From Antedon mediterranea (lineage: Eukaryota > Animalia > Echinodermata): DNA of 64,000 nt. Under the pieces are notes generated by a model. That model searched no databases. It was not told where the DNA came from and saw only the letters and a list, made by a program, of their open reading frames with translations. Every line of letters begins with the position of its first letter. The first letter of the stretch is position 1. The stretch lies in the NCBI RefSeq assembly GCF_964355755.1, contig NC_092679.1:4928201-4992200 (forward strand), given 5' to 3'. Below, piece after piece: positions 13,098-24,833 of the stretch. The position numbers were made by a program, and so were the translations under genes.

Positions 13098-13260
13098 AAA
13101 GCTCTGTTACACTATCAAACTAGTTTGACAAAAAAAGTGTGATAGGCCCAAATATGGTAGTGATATGCCCAAACATGGTAGTGGTATGACATCATCATGC
13201 CTATATATGGGCAAATCAATGTTGTTGTCACACAAAGTTTGATAGTGCAGACAGACCTAA
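13098..13260. mobile_element. ~160-bp MITE family (TIR AGCTCTGTCTACACTATCAAACT, flanked by TAA/TTA)
   Basis: Further copies at ~40736-40887 (inverted), ~42422-42530 (partial), ~44893-45060 and ~46902-46967 (partial). Internal repeat CCCAAATATGGTAGTGATAT. Confidence 0.8.
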
Positions 13261-15788
13261 AGTAAGCTGCGCTCGACAAATTATTGAAGAAATATAACTT
13301 TTGAATAGATTATCATCATTGCCATAATTAATTACATGAACAATAAAATACCAGATATTCACACACAAAATCAACGTATTGTGTTTTATTCACCAATTTC
13401 TTTATTAATTTTAAATTAATATAAAAAAATGTACAATTTAACATCAATTTTAAACATAATCATTAATATGGTTTAAAATGCTTTTCAAGCATTGACAGAA
13501 AAAAAACTATTGATCATTATCAAATATTACAGTTAATTTGAAATTCTTCCTTTTCAAAATCGATATCTGATCAATTACTGTCTGTTTTTCTTATTTTTTT
13601 TTATTTGAAGAAGTACAGTATAGTTTTTAATGTTTTTTGTCTGTTACAGACGCTACCACACATTTACAAATATTGTTTGTATTTCGGTATTTAAAGTAAA
13701 AATTCGGTTCTTTAACGTCCTTAACTTGCTCATAAACTAAGAGGTAGGTTTAAAAAGAGGTACAGTATACAAGGTAATCTAGGTTCTAGTTGCCGATTCG
13801 AATCCATATTTTGAGTAAAACATAGCGTGTCATATCTATACTTACTAGAGCTGAGGGAATAATAGTTTATCAAAACTGGTGGCGCTCGTAAAGAAATACT
13901 AACAACTTAAAAAGAGAATATTCCGTATTAATTTTTTGTTTAATTGTCACAAAACCTTCATTTTAGGAAGCTACGTATATTCCAATATAATAAAATATTG
14001 TAGGTGAGTTATTCAGTCTCAGAAGACAAAATACTGTCAATTCTTAATTGTTAACACCGACAATGATGTCAATGGTCTGATAACTGTTCAGTCAATACAA
14101 AAACGTAGTATTGACGTTGTCAAGTCGTATAATATTCATAACATTGAAAATTAGCGAAGAGCATGTCTTTTCATAACACCGAAAATGGCGTTACAGGTCC
14201 CACAAAAATTAAAAAACATCAATTAACAAATCTATAGAGTACACGTGGGTAATGCCGTATCTTTCCACCAAAAGTGGTGTACACGAGTGTCTATTAAAAT
14301 AAAACAGAACTTTGGAAGTCATTTTTTTTTTAAATAAGACTCAGTACTCTTTAGGCTAAAAATTATAAAATAATTATAAAAGTTATCTATTGTTTTAGAG
14401 TTTTGCTTTGAAGAAAAACCTTGAAAAGTGGTAAAAAAATCCTCCTGTTTTGTAAATTTTAATGAAAATTGTTGGACAAATATTATTAACACTAATCAGC
14501 TGCGTTGGAATTGTTACATTTGTCGTGGACTAATACCATATATATACTAGAAACAAGTGATTGTAGTGTGTCTGTGACTAATACTATTATCTTCAGAACA
14601 ATTCTATTTCAACGGTAAGCATTTCTAAAAAAGTATTCTATCTAATCAGCTGCAGGTACAGTGTATATTTCCATTATATTTGATATTATTTCTCTACATT
14701 ATAAAAAAACCTATTCACACACTTATATCTTTTTACTGCAGCAATGTAATCAGTTCTGCAGCATTAAATATCACAAACAAATCCCTTCCTTAATCATAAA
14801 GGAATAGGCTAACTCAAACTTGATTTGGAACTTCTACGTACGTATATGTGCAAATGTAAACCTGAGAATTCACCCGTCTACTTCCGCCAAAAAAAAAAAA
14901 ACAATTAAAAAAACAGAACAATTAATATTAACAAAAGTATGTGCATTTCCGTTACTAGACTATACATAACTGTTGATTCATTCTGCGCTATCAATTTTCA
15001 TGTTTCAGAAAGCGTGCGTGGAATTATAATTTTCCATATACAACAATTACCGCGTAGTCACGTGGCGCTAATTATATTTTTGAGGTGGTTTGTGCATGAA
15101 CATGCAGAAGACAGCGCATTAAATCAACAATTACCGTGTAGTATGACCTGAAATTGTACTCGTAACCAACTGTATATAATACAGTACTTTCCTTATTCAT
15201 AATTTTACCAATGACTAGACGCTCAATGCATAACCTCTGTTTAACCTTTAACCTTTACCCATTTAACAAAAATCGTTATCATGATACGAATATTATTTGT
15301 TTGTACTGGTTTGATGACACACTTTACTTGCGATATCTAGTAGAATATGGTATTTGTCTGCATTGAATACATCTGGAATAAGAGGAATAAGACCAATCAA
15401 TTATAAATTATTGAATCAACTCGATGCTATTTGTATCTATATCAGGATACTATGAATGTAAAACTGAAAACAAAGTCTCCGTTTCACAATCAAAAGTAAA
15501 ACATTTAATTTGTGATTGTATTTAATTTGCATTGTATTTAAGTTGTATTGATTAATATTCTATACAACGTGATTGGATAATTACTTTATTATAGATAGTT
15601 ATGAGCTGTACTGATTGGCTGTGTATTCATACAAACATTGGATAATTATTTTACTACAGATTTAACGTGCGTTGATTGGCTGTGTTTTCATTCAAGTAAA
15701 GTACAAACGTATGTGATTGGACAATTGTTTTATGACAGAGATTGATTTGATGCATATACATCATTCACGTTAAAAAACTGTAACTTAC

Positions 15789-18700
15789 CTTCCAGTGAGG
15801 TTTGTAGAAACTGCTCGGTTTTCTTCATGTCTAACGGTTTTTGTGCTTCAGTTTTTTCTGGAATTCATCAAACAAATTAATAATACATTTGACTAAAAAA
15901 CTCATTTGTCTATTAAAATTGCATTTTAATATGTGTGTTATTTTCTATACTAATTATACTGTTTGCTATTATATCCTCCACCATCTAATGTCCAAGTAGT
16001 ATCGTCCTCATCCCGATCTGGTCATAATTACTACTAAATGAGTACCTGTTTGTGTTAGGCAAATACCACAAAGTACTGCCATCTCCAAACTGCCAAGTCT
16101 TTGGATTTCTTCTCCACAACCCACTGACTCGTGGGACAACACTGGGTGTGCACCCTGGGTCTTGTTTGTAAAATAATGAGTTATGATTATACCCAAGACG
16201 GGACACAACGCTTGTCTTATTAATTCATCTTTGCTTTCATTTGCTAAATCTTGGAAACCTATAAAATATGCAACATTAGTGTTAATGAGTTGTTAATTTT
16301 CATTTTTATTTTATTTTATTACAACTATACCGGTATTTTATAAGACTATTGGATTGGACTGCAGTCTAATTTATTCGTTTTATATAATATATGTATTGTT
16401 GATAGTGATTATAGTTTAAATAGTTTTTATAATGTAATACATATGCAATTCAGCCATGTGCTGCCATGTATGTAATTTGTATATGAATTTTGAATAAATA
16501 TACCGATATATATGTTTAACTTTGTTTTTGTTCTTACCTGATATTGTCTCAGCAAACTTTTTGAAACACGCTTTCACTTTAGGCATACTGGATTTTTGTG
16601 GATTTAAGACTTCAGACATGTTGTCACTAGATTTCTTTCAGAATAAAAAACAATTATTAGTTCCCTGTTTTCATCCAATAAATGCAAAATAAAATTCAAA
16701 ATATTTCAAAATATTTTGAAATAATATGTGTATGTATACTTACTAAACTTGACGTCCACTCGTCAACTACCAATTTTTCTAAATGCTCATAAACTATAAC
16801 AAAGTTCTTTGAGACAAGCACGTTTGTTTTCTGAAGTTTTGAGTTGTTATTGCCATTTTCGTCTGGTAACCTTCTCTTCAATGCATTCTCAATTGGCAGT
16901 TCTTGACTATTGATTTGTGGATTGTGTTTCTGATTTTCTTTAAACTGTTGGCATGTGTCGTAACTCATCGCTGTTGAGAACGATACGATACCAGTCTCTG
17001 ATACAATTTGATTCTTTTTTTCTAAAGGTTTAAGTTCGGTCAATTCGAGATCATCTTTAGATTCAGTTTTAACATTAGTACTGGCATCAAAGAAGAATTC
17101 ATTCGTGTGTTGCCCCCTGTACATATTTGCATACGCCATTGCTGTATAAGCGCCGCTGTGTACTTCTGGTAGAGTCATGCTTAGAGACGGACTTAACTGT
17201 TCTTGGGGTGAACTTTGCTGATACATCGTATGGTTATAAGATATATGTTGTGAGCTCTGATGATAAGCAGGAGTAAATGACGATTGCATGTTGTGACCGA
17301 GTAAGTATGGCTCTCCACCAAAGTCGTAAGATGGATCAATCAAATCGTTTGGTACTGAATGTAATTTTTGCTTTGGGTAGGAGCAATGTTGATTTTTGAT
17401 AGGGTACTGGGATCCATAACATTGATGCATATCTGAAGGGTAAATTGACTCTTGTTTGATCGGTGGTTGGCAAATAGTAGGGAAGGTAGGCCAGGAGTGC
17501 CATCTTGGTACATTAATTGCGTTTGGTGGAACATCAATTTTGCTGAAATGATTGGTCAAGTGTAGATCTCCATCCGTTTTTGGACGTCGTCCTAATTTGA
17601 TACCTAATAAAGAAAAAGTGATATTATTAGGGAACCATGGTGTTTTACAAACATATACAATAATAAGATGGCTTAGAAGATCGTTACTTATTAGTTCACG
17701 CATAGTCACTCGTGCGTACAGCGTCAATATATTTTTACAAATAAATACAAACTTTGATTTTAATTGACGTCATCAAGCCAACTAAAATTAGTTCGGCTTA
17801 ATACTTGTTATCGATTGATTGATTGGCATTAATTAACCCATTAATGATTCGATAGGCCATGATGTAAATAAACATAGGTTAGTATGGTGATAATGATTAA
17901 ACTGAGAAGGCATATCTAATTCAAGGTGAATATTACAACTAAACTATTATGAATGTTCGCGATTATAAGCTCATCCTATTATTGGACCACTTAACGTAGT
18001 TTTCAAAATGCAATATGGTCTGTGCCTGTATGTCTCTACTGCATATTGGCATTCAGGTATGTGTTTGGTCAGTTTTTAGTTGCGTGCAACGTGACTCTAC
18101 AGCTCACTATGTCGATCGGTCGGTTGGTTGGTCGGTCGGTCGGTAAACACTAACTTGAGCACGCGACTGCAGCCTTGTTGTATCCAATGGGAGTGAGGTT
18201 TGATCCCCGTGTCAGAATTATTTTCTGAAGTCCATTAATTCCTCCTACCTTCTTTGCACATGCCCAGTGCCATACACTTCTGAAATCTGCAGTAACGACA
18301 GGAATTTCTCGTTTCCATAGTGACAGAACAGTCGTTGCTTTTTGTGCAAACGTAAGTAACGCCTTCTTTGATTGTTCGACGATAAAAACACTGTAAGATA
18401 TGTTCAATGAGTAAGATTACATTATTTAATTCTGAATCTTAACTTGACAAATATTTCTCGATAGCCATCGATCTTAAACACTGCTTATGGCATATACAAT
18501 ATTATAGAGATTCAATGTTTAAATGAATAATACGCTAGCTAATAATAATATATACGATTAAAGATGAGGCAACCATACCTTGCACCCTTCACAGGTAAAC
18601 ACGCCAAAATGCAGACCGGACGCCGACGCTCCACACACTTGGCATAAAGATGTCTTGTCTTCTGATGTGTGTTGTGGTAACGAAGCATCTGTTGTGGACG

Positions 18701-19141
18701 GAGTACTATCTTTATTTTTTGGATAAAACCAGACAAATGTTTGTTACAAACTATTTTCAAACGATTTTTAACTCTATAGTCTAGTACACCAGCACAATTT
18801 ACCAATGTCGGAGTTTGCTCACGTTTGCAATCAATTACTTTTTTTAGGCATTCCGTAAATTGCGTCAAAACAAAAGTTTGATAAATTCTAATACTTATAG
18901 GAAACTTGCAAGCTTTGTTTGCAAACCACGACTTTGCTTGTGTCTGCAAACTAAAGTTTGCTAGTGTAGACTGGGCTAGGCAGCACAAGTACAGTAGGCC
19001 TAGTTTATCCTACATACCAGATATTATGGATGTACTGTCCTGCACCATTGTTGATTGGATGCAGGCCTCCATGGCTTGTTGCCACAGATTACCTTTGTCT
19101 GTGAAAAAGAGTCCCCAATTTGAGGAGTTGTCTAAAATCAT
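15789..19141 (-). CDS. Divergent nuclear hormone receptor (NR1-like C4 zinc-finger DBD, degenerate LBD); terminal exon not resolved
   Basis: Phase-compatible exons 19141-19018, 18709-18579, 18390-18249, 17603-16744, 16634-16538, 16258-16046 and ~15857-15789. DBD: [81 protein letters not shown]-signature-like segment: [23 protein letters not shown]. Confidence 0.85.
18073..18175 (+). mobile_element. Short HINE/DINE-1-like (Helentron-associated) element
   Basis: Family consensus TTTTTAGTCGCGTGC...(GTCG/GTTG)n...GCACGCGACTGCAGCC, with subterminal inverted repeats and a tetranucleotide microsatellite. Other copies at ~21468-21553, 48128-48208 (inverted), 58948-59038 and 63494-63617. Confidence 0.7.
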
Positions 19142-20665
19142 CTGGAAGAGAACAAACACAGTTACAATACAATTCGTTTTTCATTTAGGCTTTATAGAGT
19201 TCCTCAATTTGAGGAGTTTTTCCAAAAAAGCTTCCCTTGTCTGAATATGTTTTCAACCTGTATCTTTTGGATCTTCTATGATGTTAGTACCCTACTATTA
19301 CTCACCAAACAGAATTGACACAGGACTTCACCTCCGCTAATTTTCTCGGAAGTGTCTCCGCATGCGAAACAAGATGTAGAAATGGAAAATCTATGTATTT
19401 CGGAGCCTTTCGCAACATTTGCAGTAGTAATGGCGTGTAGTTCCTATAAGATACAAGCATTGACAATCTTACAACATACACTTTAATCCACAATAAAAAA
19501 AAGGTATATAAAAAAATACAGTTGAACTGCAATTGTAACCTTTGCGATTCAGCAAACAAAATAATGATAGTAAAACTAGGCCTAATTATAGTATACCTGT
19601 CTCATTTTTTCTAATTGTCTCTTGCTTTTGAAGACTTTATTAAAATATAAAATAATTCGCAGATAATTAGCATGGATACTGCCATTGACCAAGTCATTAT
19701 TATTATTGTATGTTCCCATCCACGTAACGTGTTATAAGTATACGCTAGAAAGAAAGCTCCGCCCACATGGCCTCCTTCGCGCATGGATGATAAATGCATT
19801 GTCAAGTTCTGTACGAAGTCCCGTGTGCAAAAACGGATTACCAAAATTGATTATTGACAATGATATTGATAACAGTTTCATTGAAAGTGGAATATTGAAA
19901 ATAATTCAACCTTAACAGGCACAAAATTAAGCCTAAATCGTAGGCATGGTAAACGCATTAAAGACTCCTTTTATTTTTTTTAGAAATTTAACCCCAGAAA
20001 GGAATCATTGTTTTACCTTGTAGGTACGCCAGTCAGCTTCTGTAGAATCTGCGCATACGATCAACAGGAACAGTAAGTTACGTGGTTTGTACCACAAACT
20101 GAGAGGACTGCAATTGTATGTAATGTAGGCTACGATAGCGATTCAAACATGTACACAACTGGGTTCTGTCTGTGACCATCACAAATCATTATTTCAACTA
20201 TCACTCAACAAAAAGACCGAATTTAACCCATAATTTGACTGTTAATACATATTAGTAACGTTTAAAAAAAAAGTTAAAATTCACTAGTTACCAAGAAAAC
20301 TAAAAAATCTTACCGCATTCACATAAACGAAGGTGGTCTCTCCGCTTACAATTCATTTATAAATTAAATTCTTTAACTATAAAATACATAAGGTTTGACT
20401 AGCGTATAACAATAGATTATGAAATGTCTTTATATAAATCATGGTTCGTCAACTCCATCGACTCAAAGCGTTCTAAATATCTCACTTCATACAATAAGTT
20501 AATATTATTATGGAGAAGAAAAACTAGAACAAATAAAATACAAAAGTATGTAGACTGTAAGTGAAGCGTAAAATGTGTACTTTCTGTATTATATGAACGT
20601 TCAAAAGGCTTTTAACTGATGGGTGCAGAAATGTGCAGGGGATATGGACATATTATAGTAAAGTG

Positions 20666-20923
20666 GAGTTGGATAGCCGAGTATTGGAGTTGGATAGCCG
20701 AGTGGTTAGGACACTTGACTGTCATACAGATAAACCCGGGTTCAATTCCCGACAACTCCCAGTCCACTCAACTGTAAATGAGTATCTGGTTGAAAATACT
20801 AGGGAGAAAAAAGGCGGCGTGGAAAAGAACTGGCCACCCTACCACATAATGTCGAGGCTACTTAGTACACTGAGCTCCTAACAGCTCATTTCCCTACGTT
20901 CAGAGAACACGGGAATCACATTT
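20666..20923 (+). mobile_element. tRNA-derived SINE with a Deu/Nin-like central domain and 13-bp TSD
   Basis: A box TAGCCGAGTGG (5' segment duplicated), B box GGTTCAATTCC, core CCCAGTCCACTCAACTGTAAATGAGTA. TSD TTATAGTAAAGTG at 20653-20665 and 20924-20936. Confidence 0.85.
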
Positions 20924-22990
20924 TTATAGTAAAGTGATTTTTTAAACTTGGACATACATGAGATATGTGATTTGTTTAAACCTGTGGGTGTTACCTGGAC
21001 AAAGTCTATAAAGTAGACAGGGCTGCGATAGAATTGTTCTATTATACGGCTACCCATATATTAGCATAAGTCTATAGAAGTAAACATTATAGTGGGAATA
21101 AAAACGACGGCATTGTGTAGTAAGCCCAATAAGATCGACGTATTATTATAAAACTATGCATATGGAAAGACAGTGGAAAGTAGAGAAGAATATCAGTTGA
21201 CCAAGAAAGAGTGAAATCACACTCTTCCCTGGACCTAGGCCTACTGTGTAGAAACTTGATTTAACTAATATTGGTGTATAGAGGCGGCCATGGAAGAAGA
21301 GAGATTGAACATTAATACCACTTGTTTGTTTAATATTAATTGTATACTGGAACATTTTCTTATTTAAAATATATTCCTATAAAACAAAAATGGAAAAAAT
21401 GAAAGATCATCAATACGTTTATATTGCATTCCACTATTCCATTCCAAGATTCAGAATTTGACAAGCATTTTTAGTCGCAGTCGCGTGCAATGCGACTCTA
21501 CAGCTCACTATGTCGGTCGGTTGGTCGGTAAACTTGAGCACGCGACTGCAGCCATATTATGTTCATGGTATAGTTTAAAACCGTCGCGATTTTAATGCAT
21601 GCACCACCAGAGTGAGACTATTCCCGCATATCCCTGGTGTTAAAACTATAATTTTTAAACATCGAGGCGATAGTTAATATTAAATCATTAATTAATAAAA
21701 TAATATGAAATAAACCCGTTGTTTGAAAAGCAATTTGCAAAACAATATGAAACACTTATTACATAACATTGTGTGCCAACTTAGGCCTACTTACCAAACG
21801 GCGAGAGATTAGGGTTGTCGTCCCTGCACCATTCAAAGATTTCCACCAGACTCTTCAGTAACAAACAAATTGGTTACACGAGTTTTTACTTAATTGTCTT
21901 GTTAAATATGGTAGCAGAGATGGCTAAATAGATGATTACCCATGACCTTCAGCAGGACAACAGTGTCTGTACAGTCCAAGGGTCAGTATTTGTAGTCTGC
22001 AGCCGCACATATCGTCTCACAATCGATGGACAAACATTAGATATACAAACAATCGCCTCAGCTCCTAGTCATGATATCAGACATTGACTTACTCTAGCCA
22101 TGATAGTAGATGAACTAACATAATAGCTACTGTAGGTACACCAGGTCAGGACACTTTAGGACATTATGCAACATGGTGTCCATTATTATGTCCTGAGGGT
22201 GAACGTCCAGCAGAACAATAAAAAGGGGAGAAAAGTGGTATGCTGGTAGTTAAATGCCCTGAAGTTCAAAGAACCAGAAATAAACACTAATATGAAATTA
22301 TTTTAGTTTTTTTTAAATACTAAAGGGTGGGGCGGGGGGTAGAAAGTGATATGGTCGAAAGAGGCGATTGGGGTCCTAATGTCCATGGTCGAGGTAACTG
22401 CTCTAAAGAGACATGCAGAAGTAGGCCTAGATAACAATGAAACATTATTATGTATAACTTGGGTGGTGGTGGGCGGTTATCGTACTTGCGATATGTTTTC
22501 GTGTGCATAATTCTTCACATTACATATATTAATATCTGACAGTGATCTTATGTACAAGGATAATTTCGGACGCGGCGCTATTTCAGTTTCTATGGATCTA
22601 AAGAAGGTGGATACAAGTTTAGGAACTCCGGTTGTAAGGATGCGTCCATGGGTGAAGTGAAATTTGTCATCACAAAACGACGAATTTACTTCGAGACTCT
22701 TTTATAGATACTACCATGAATAAAATAAAATAAATTAATCAAATATGTGGAAGGGACCGACAGTTAGAAATACTTACAGCGTTGGTGCCTATGGTGCATG
22801 CTGAAGTCATGCTTGATTAGTTAATCAATTATTAAATGTTAATATTTCTTTTTTCTTCTTCCATGAGTAAACCACACAATTAAGCTGATATAAAATCAAT
22901 TAGTTTATAGCCTACACTCCAATCATGACCTTGATATCATATTGATGAAATAAATAACAATAAGGAGTGATATGCTTCGTTTTGCACACG

Positions 22991-23026
22991 CCACTACCAC
23001 CACCACCACCACCACCACCACCACCA
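22991..23026. repeat. (CCA)n microsatellite
   Basis: About 11 CCA units. Confidence 0.9.
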
Positions 23027-23493
23027 GAGATCAGGACTAATACGCTCTCTCTCCACAATGCCTTCTGAAGCCTTTGCATAATAAGCATTTCACAGCCACA
23101 TCGTGGCCCAAAAATAGGGCCTACACCCCCATCCCCAAACCTAGTACAATGTTTTATCTATTCATTGGAACGAAATAATATATATTTATGGGGATCGAAG
23201 TTAACTTGGTAGGCCTATATGTAGGCTCTATTATGAATTTGAATTAATCATTTTATGGTTGTATTAATTTACTTTACTTATTTTAAATTATGTAAATATG
23301 TTTTACTGCTGGCTGGGATGATTAAGTTTGCTGTTAAAGTCTCCCCGGATCTATACTAGCATATGCGTTTTTTTTGTTTGGGTATAGGGTTATATTATAT
23401 TCAACATAATTACAATATAAATTGAGAATTAAATTGAAGTTATCAACTGAGGGCGTACTTGAAATAACACACATGTTACATTAAAATGAAAGA

Positions 23494-24684
23494 ATGACAG
23501 AGAAAACGGATCACCCCTTTTCAATACTCATTATTCAAACTGGTGGTGGGTTTTATTTAAAAATGTATTATTTATTAATTTTTAGGATATTGATTTTAAC
23601 TAGGAGCTGCAGTTAGTTAGCCTAGGCCTAGTTCTTTTCTATCTAGCCTAGCTAGTAGGAGCCCACGTACTCCCCCAGGCCATCCATTGCCAGGCAAGTG
23701 GGAAAATCATATAGACGTTTTGACCCACTTTTAGTCTGCAGTTCAACTCTTCTTTTATTAAACCACCATATTATGGCCAATTGTGAGGAAATCTTAATAA
23801 CATTGCTAGATAAAGTAGGCCCTCTAATTAATTGCCTTATTTATTGAGTACTCACAGTTACAGTAGGCTATTAATAATTATGATTTTTTTTTTCTTCAGG
23901 AACGATAGACAAAAATTATCCAAAAAGGGCAGGGGCATATGCCTTTGAAATTGGAAGTCCAGCCAGTCAAGAGATAGTAGATGCTGCATATCCCTCTATT
24001 AAAATTGAATATGGATCAGTCTTCAGAAAAGACAGTCAAGAAATTAATCAACAAGACAGGTATATAGTCTATGAATAAATATAAAATATTTAGTAGTTTT
24101 CCTGTGAAATTCCTTTTGTGGTAAAGTGACGGACATTGACGCACCATTGTTCATTGAGCTGACGTACCATTTGTAAATGACGCACCCATGACACACCTCT
24201 ACCAGGGGTTGTATAGTGTTGTACAACTGACCAGTGTATTAAGGAGACACTTTGCCACTTGTGGGTCCTCAACGTGACCTCATAATAGAGATTATATAAT
24301 ATTAATTTCAGAGTACTTATTGGAGGTTAATGAATTTTTTTATTTATAATAATTGCTGTTTCTTTTTTATTTAGAGAACTACTTTATGAAGTGTGTAAAG
24401 CAGCTATTCAGAGCAGCATTGTAATAACACACGGAACAGATACGCTGTTGGAAACCGCTGTTTATCTCGGTAACAAGGCCTTGAAGAAAACTATCATCTT
24501 GACTGGCTCATTCCGACCTGCCACCTTTAAAAACTCTGATGCGAACTTTAACCTTGGAGTTGCCTTGGGGGCGCTGCAATGTATATCAACGTACGGAGTG
24601 TATGTTGCTATGAACTGTCAAGTGTTTCAATGGAATCAAGTAACAAGGAATTTGGATACAGGAAATTTTATTGCAAAATTATGA
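23494..24684 (+). CDS. Short-chain (N-terminal domain only) L-asparaginase-family protein, 173 aa
   Basis: Exons 23494-23545, 23900-24059 and 24375-24684 join in phase. Motifs: IIQTGGTIDK, RKDS, IVITHGTDTLLETA, IILTGSFRP, SDANFNLGVALG, GVYVAMN. Confidence 0.9.
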
Positions 24685-24833
24685 TAAATATTTATAAAGT
24701 ATACCTTCTTTTGTATAAAGAATATAAAAAATCCATTAAGTCAATAAAATAGAATAGTTACAGTATATTTGAAATAATATAATATACAATAATATAAGAG
24801 CAAACCAATATTTTTTTTTAGTAAGAGAATTTT

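Noticed and set aside
13724-13835. Candidate terminal exon of the nuclear receptor
   Set aside because: The phase-compatible reading gives only DMTRYVLLKIWIRIGN*, with no convincing helix 10-12 similarity. Left unassigned.
18539-18988. 149-aa and 85-aa (18150-18407) ORFs as listed in the ORF track
   Set aside because: Wrong reading frames overlapping the true nuclear-receptor zinc-finger exons.
21150-22720. GC-richer, exon-like patches between the nuclear receptor and the asparaginase
   Set aside because: I could not assemble a consistent spliced ORF or recognise a motif. They may be decayed gene or TE fragments.
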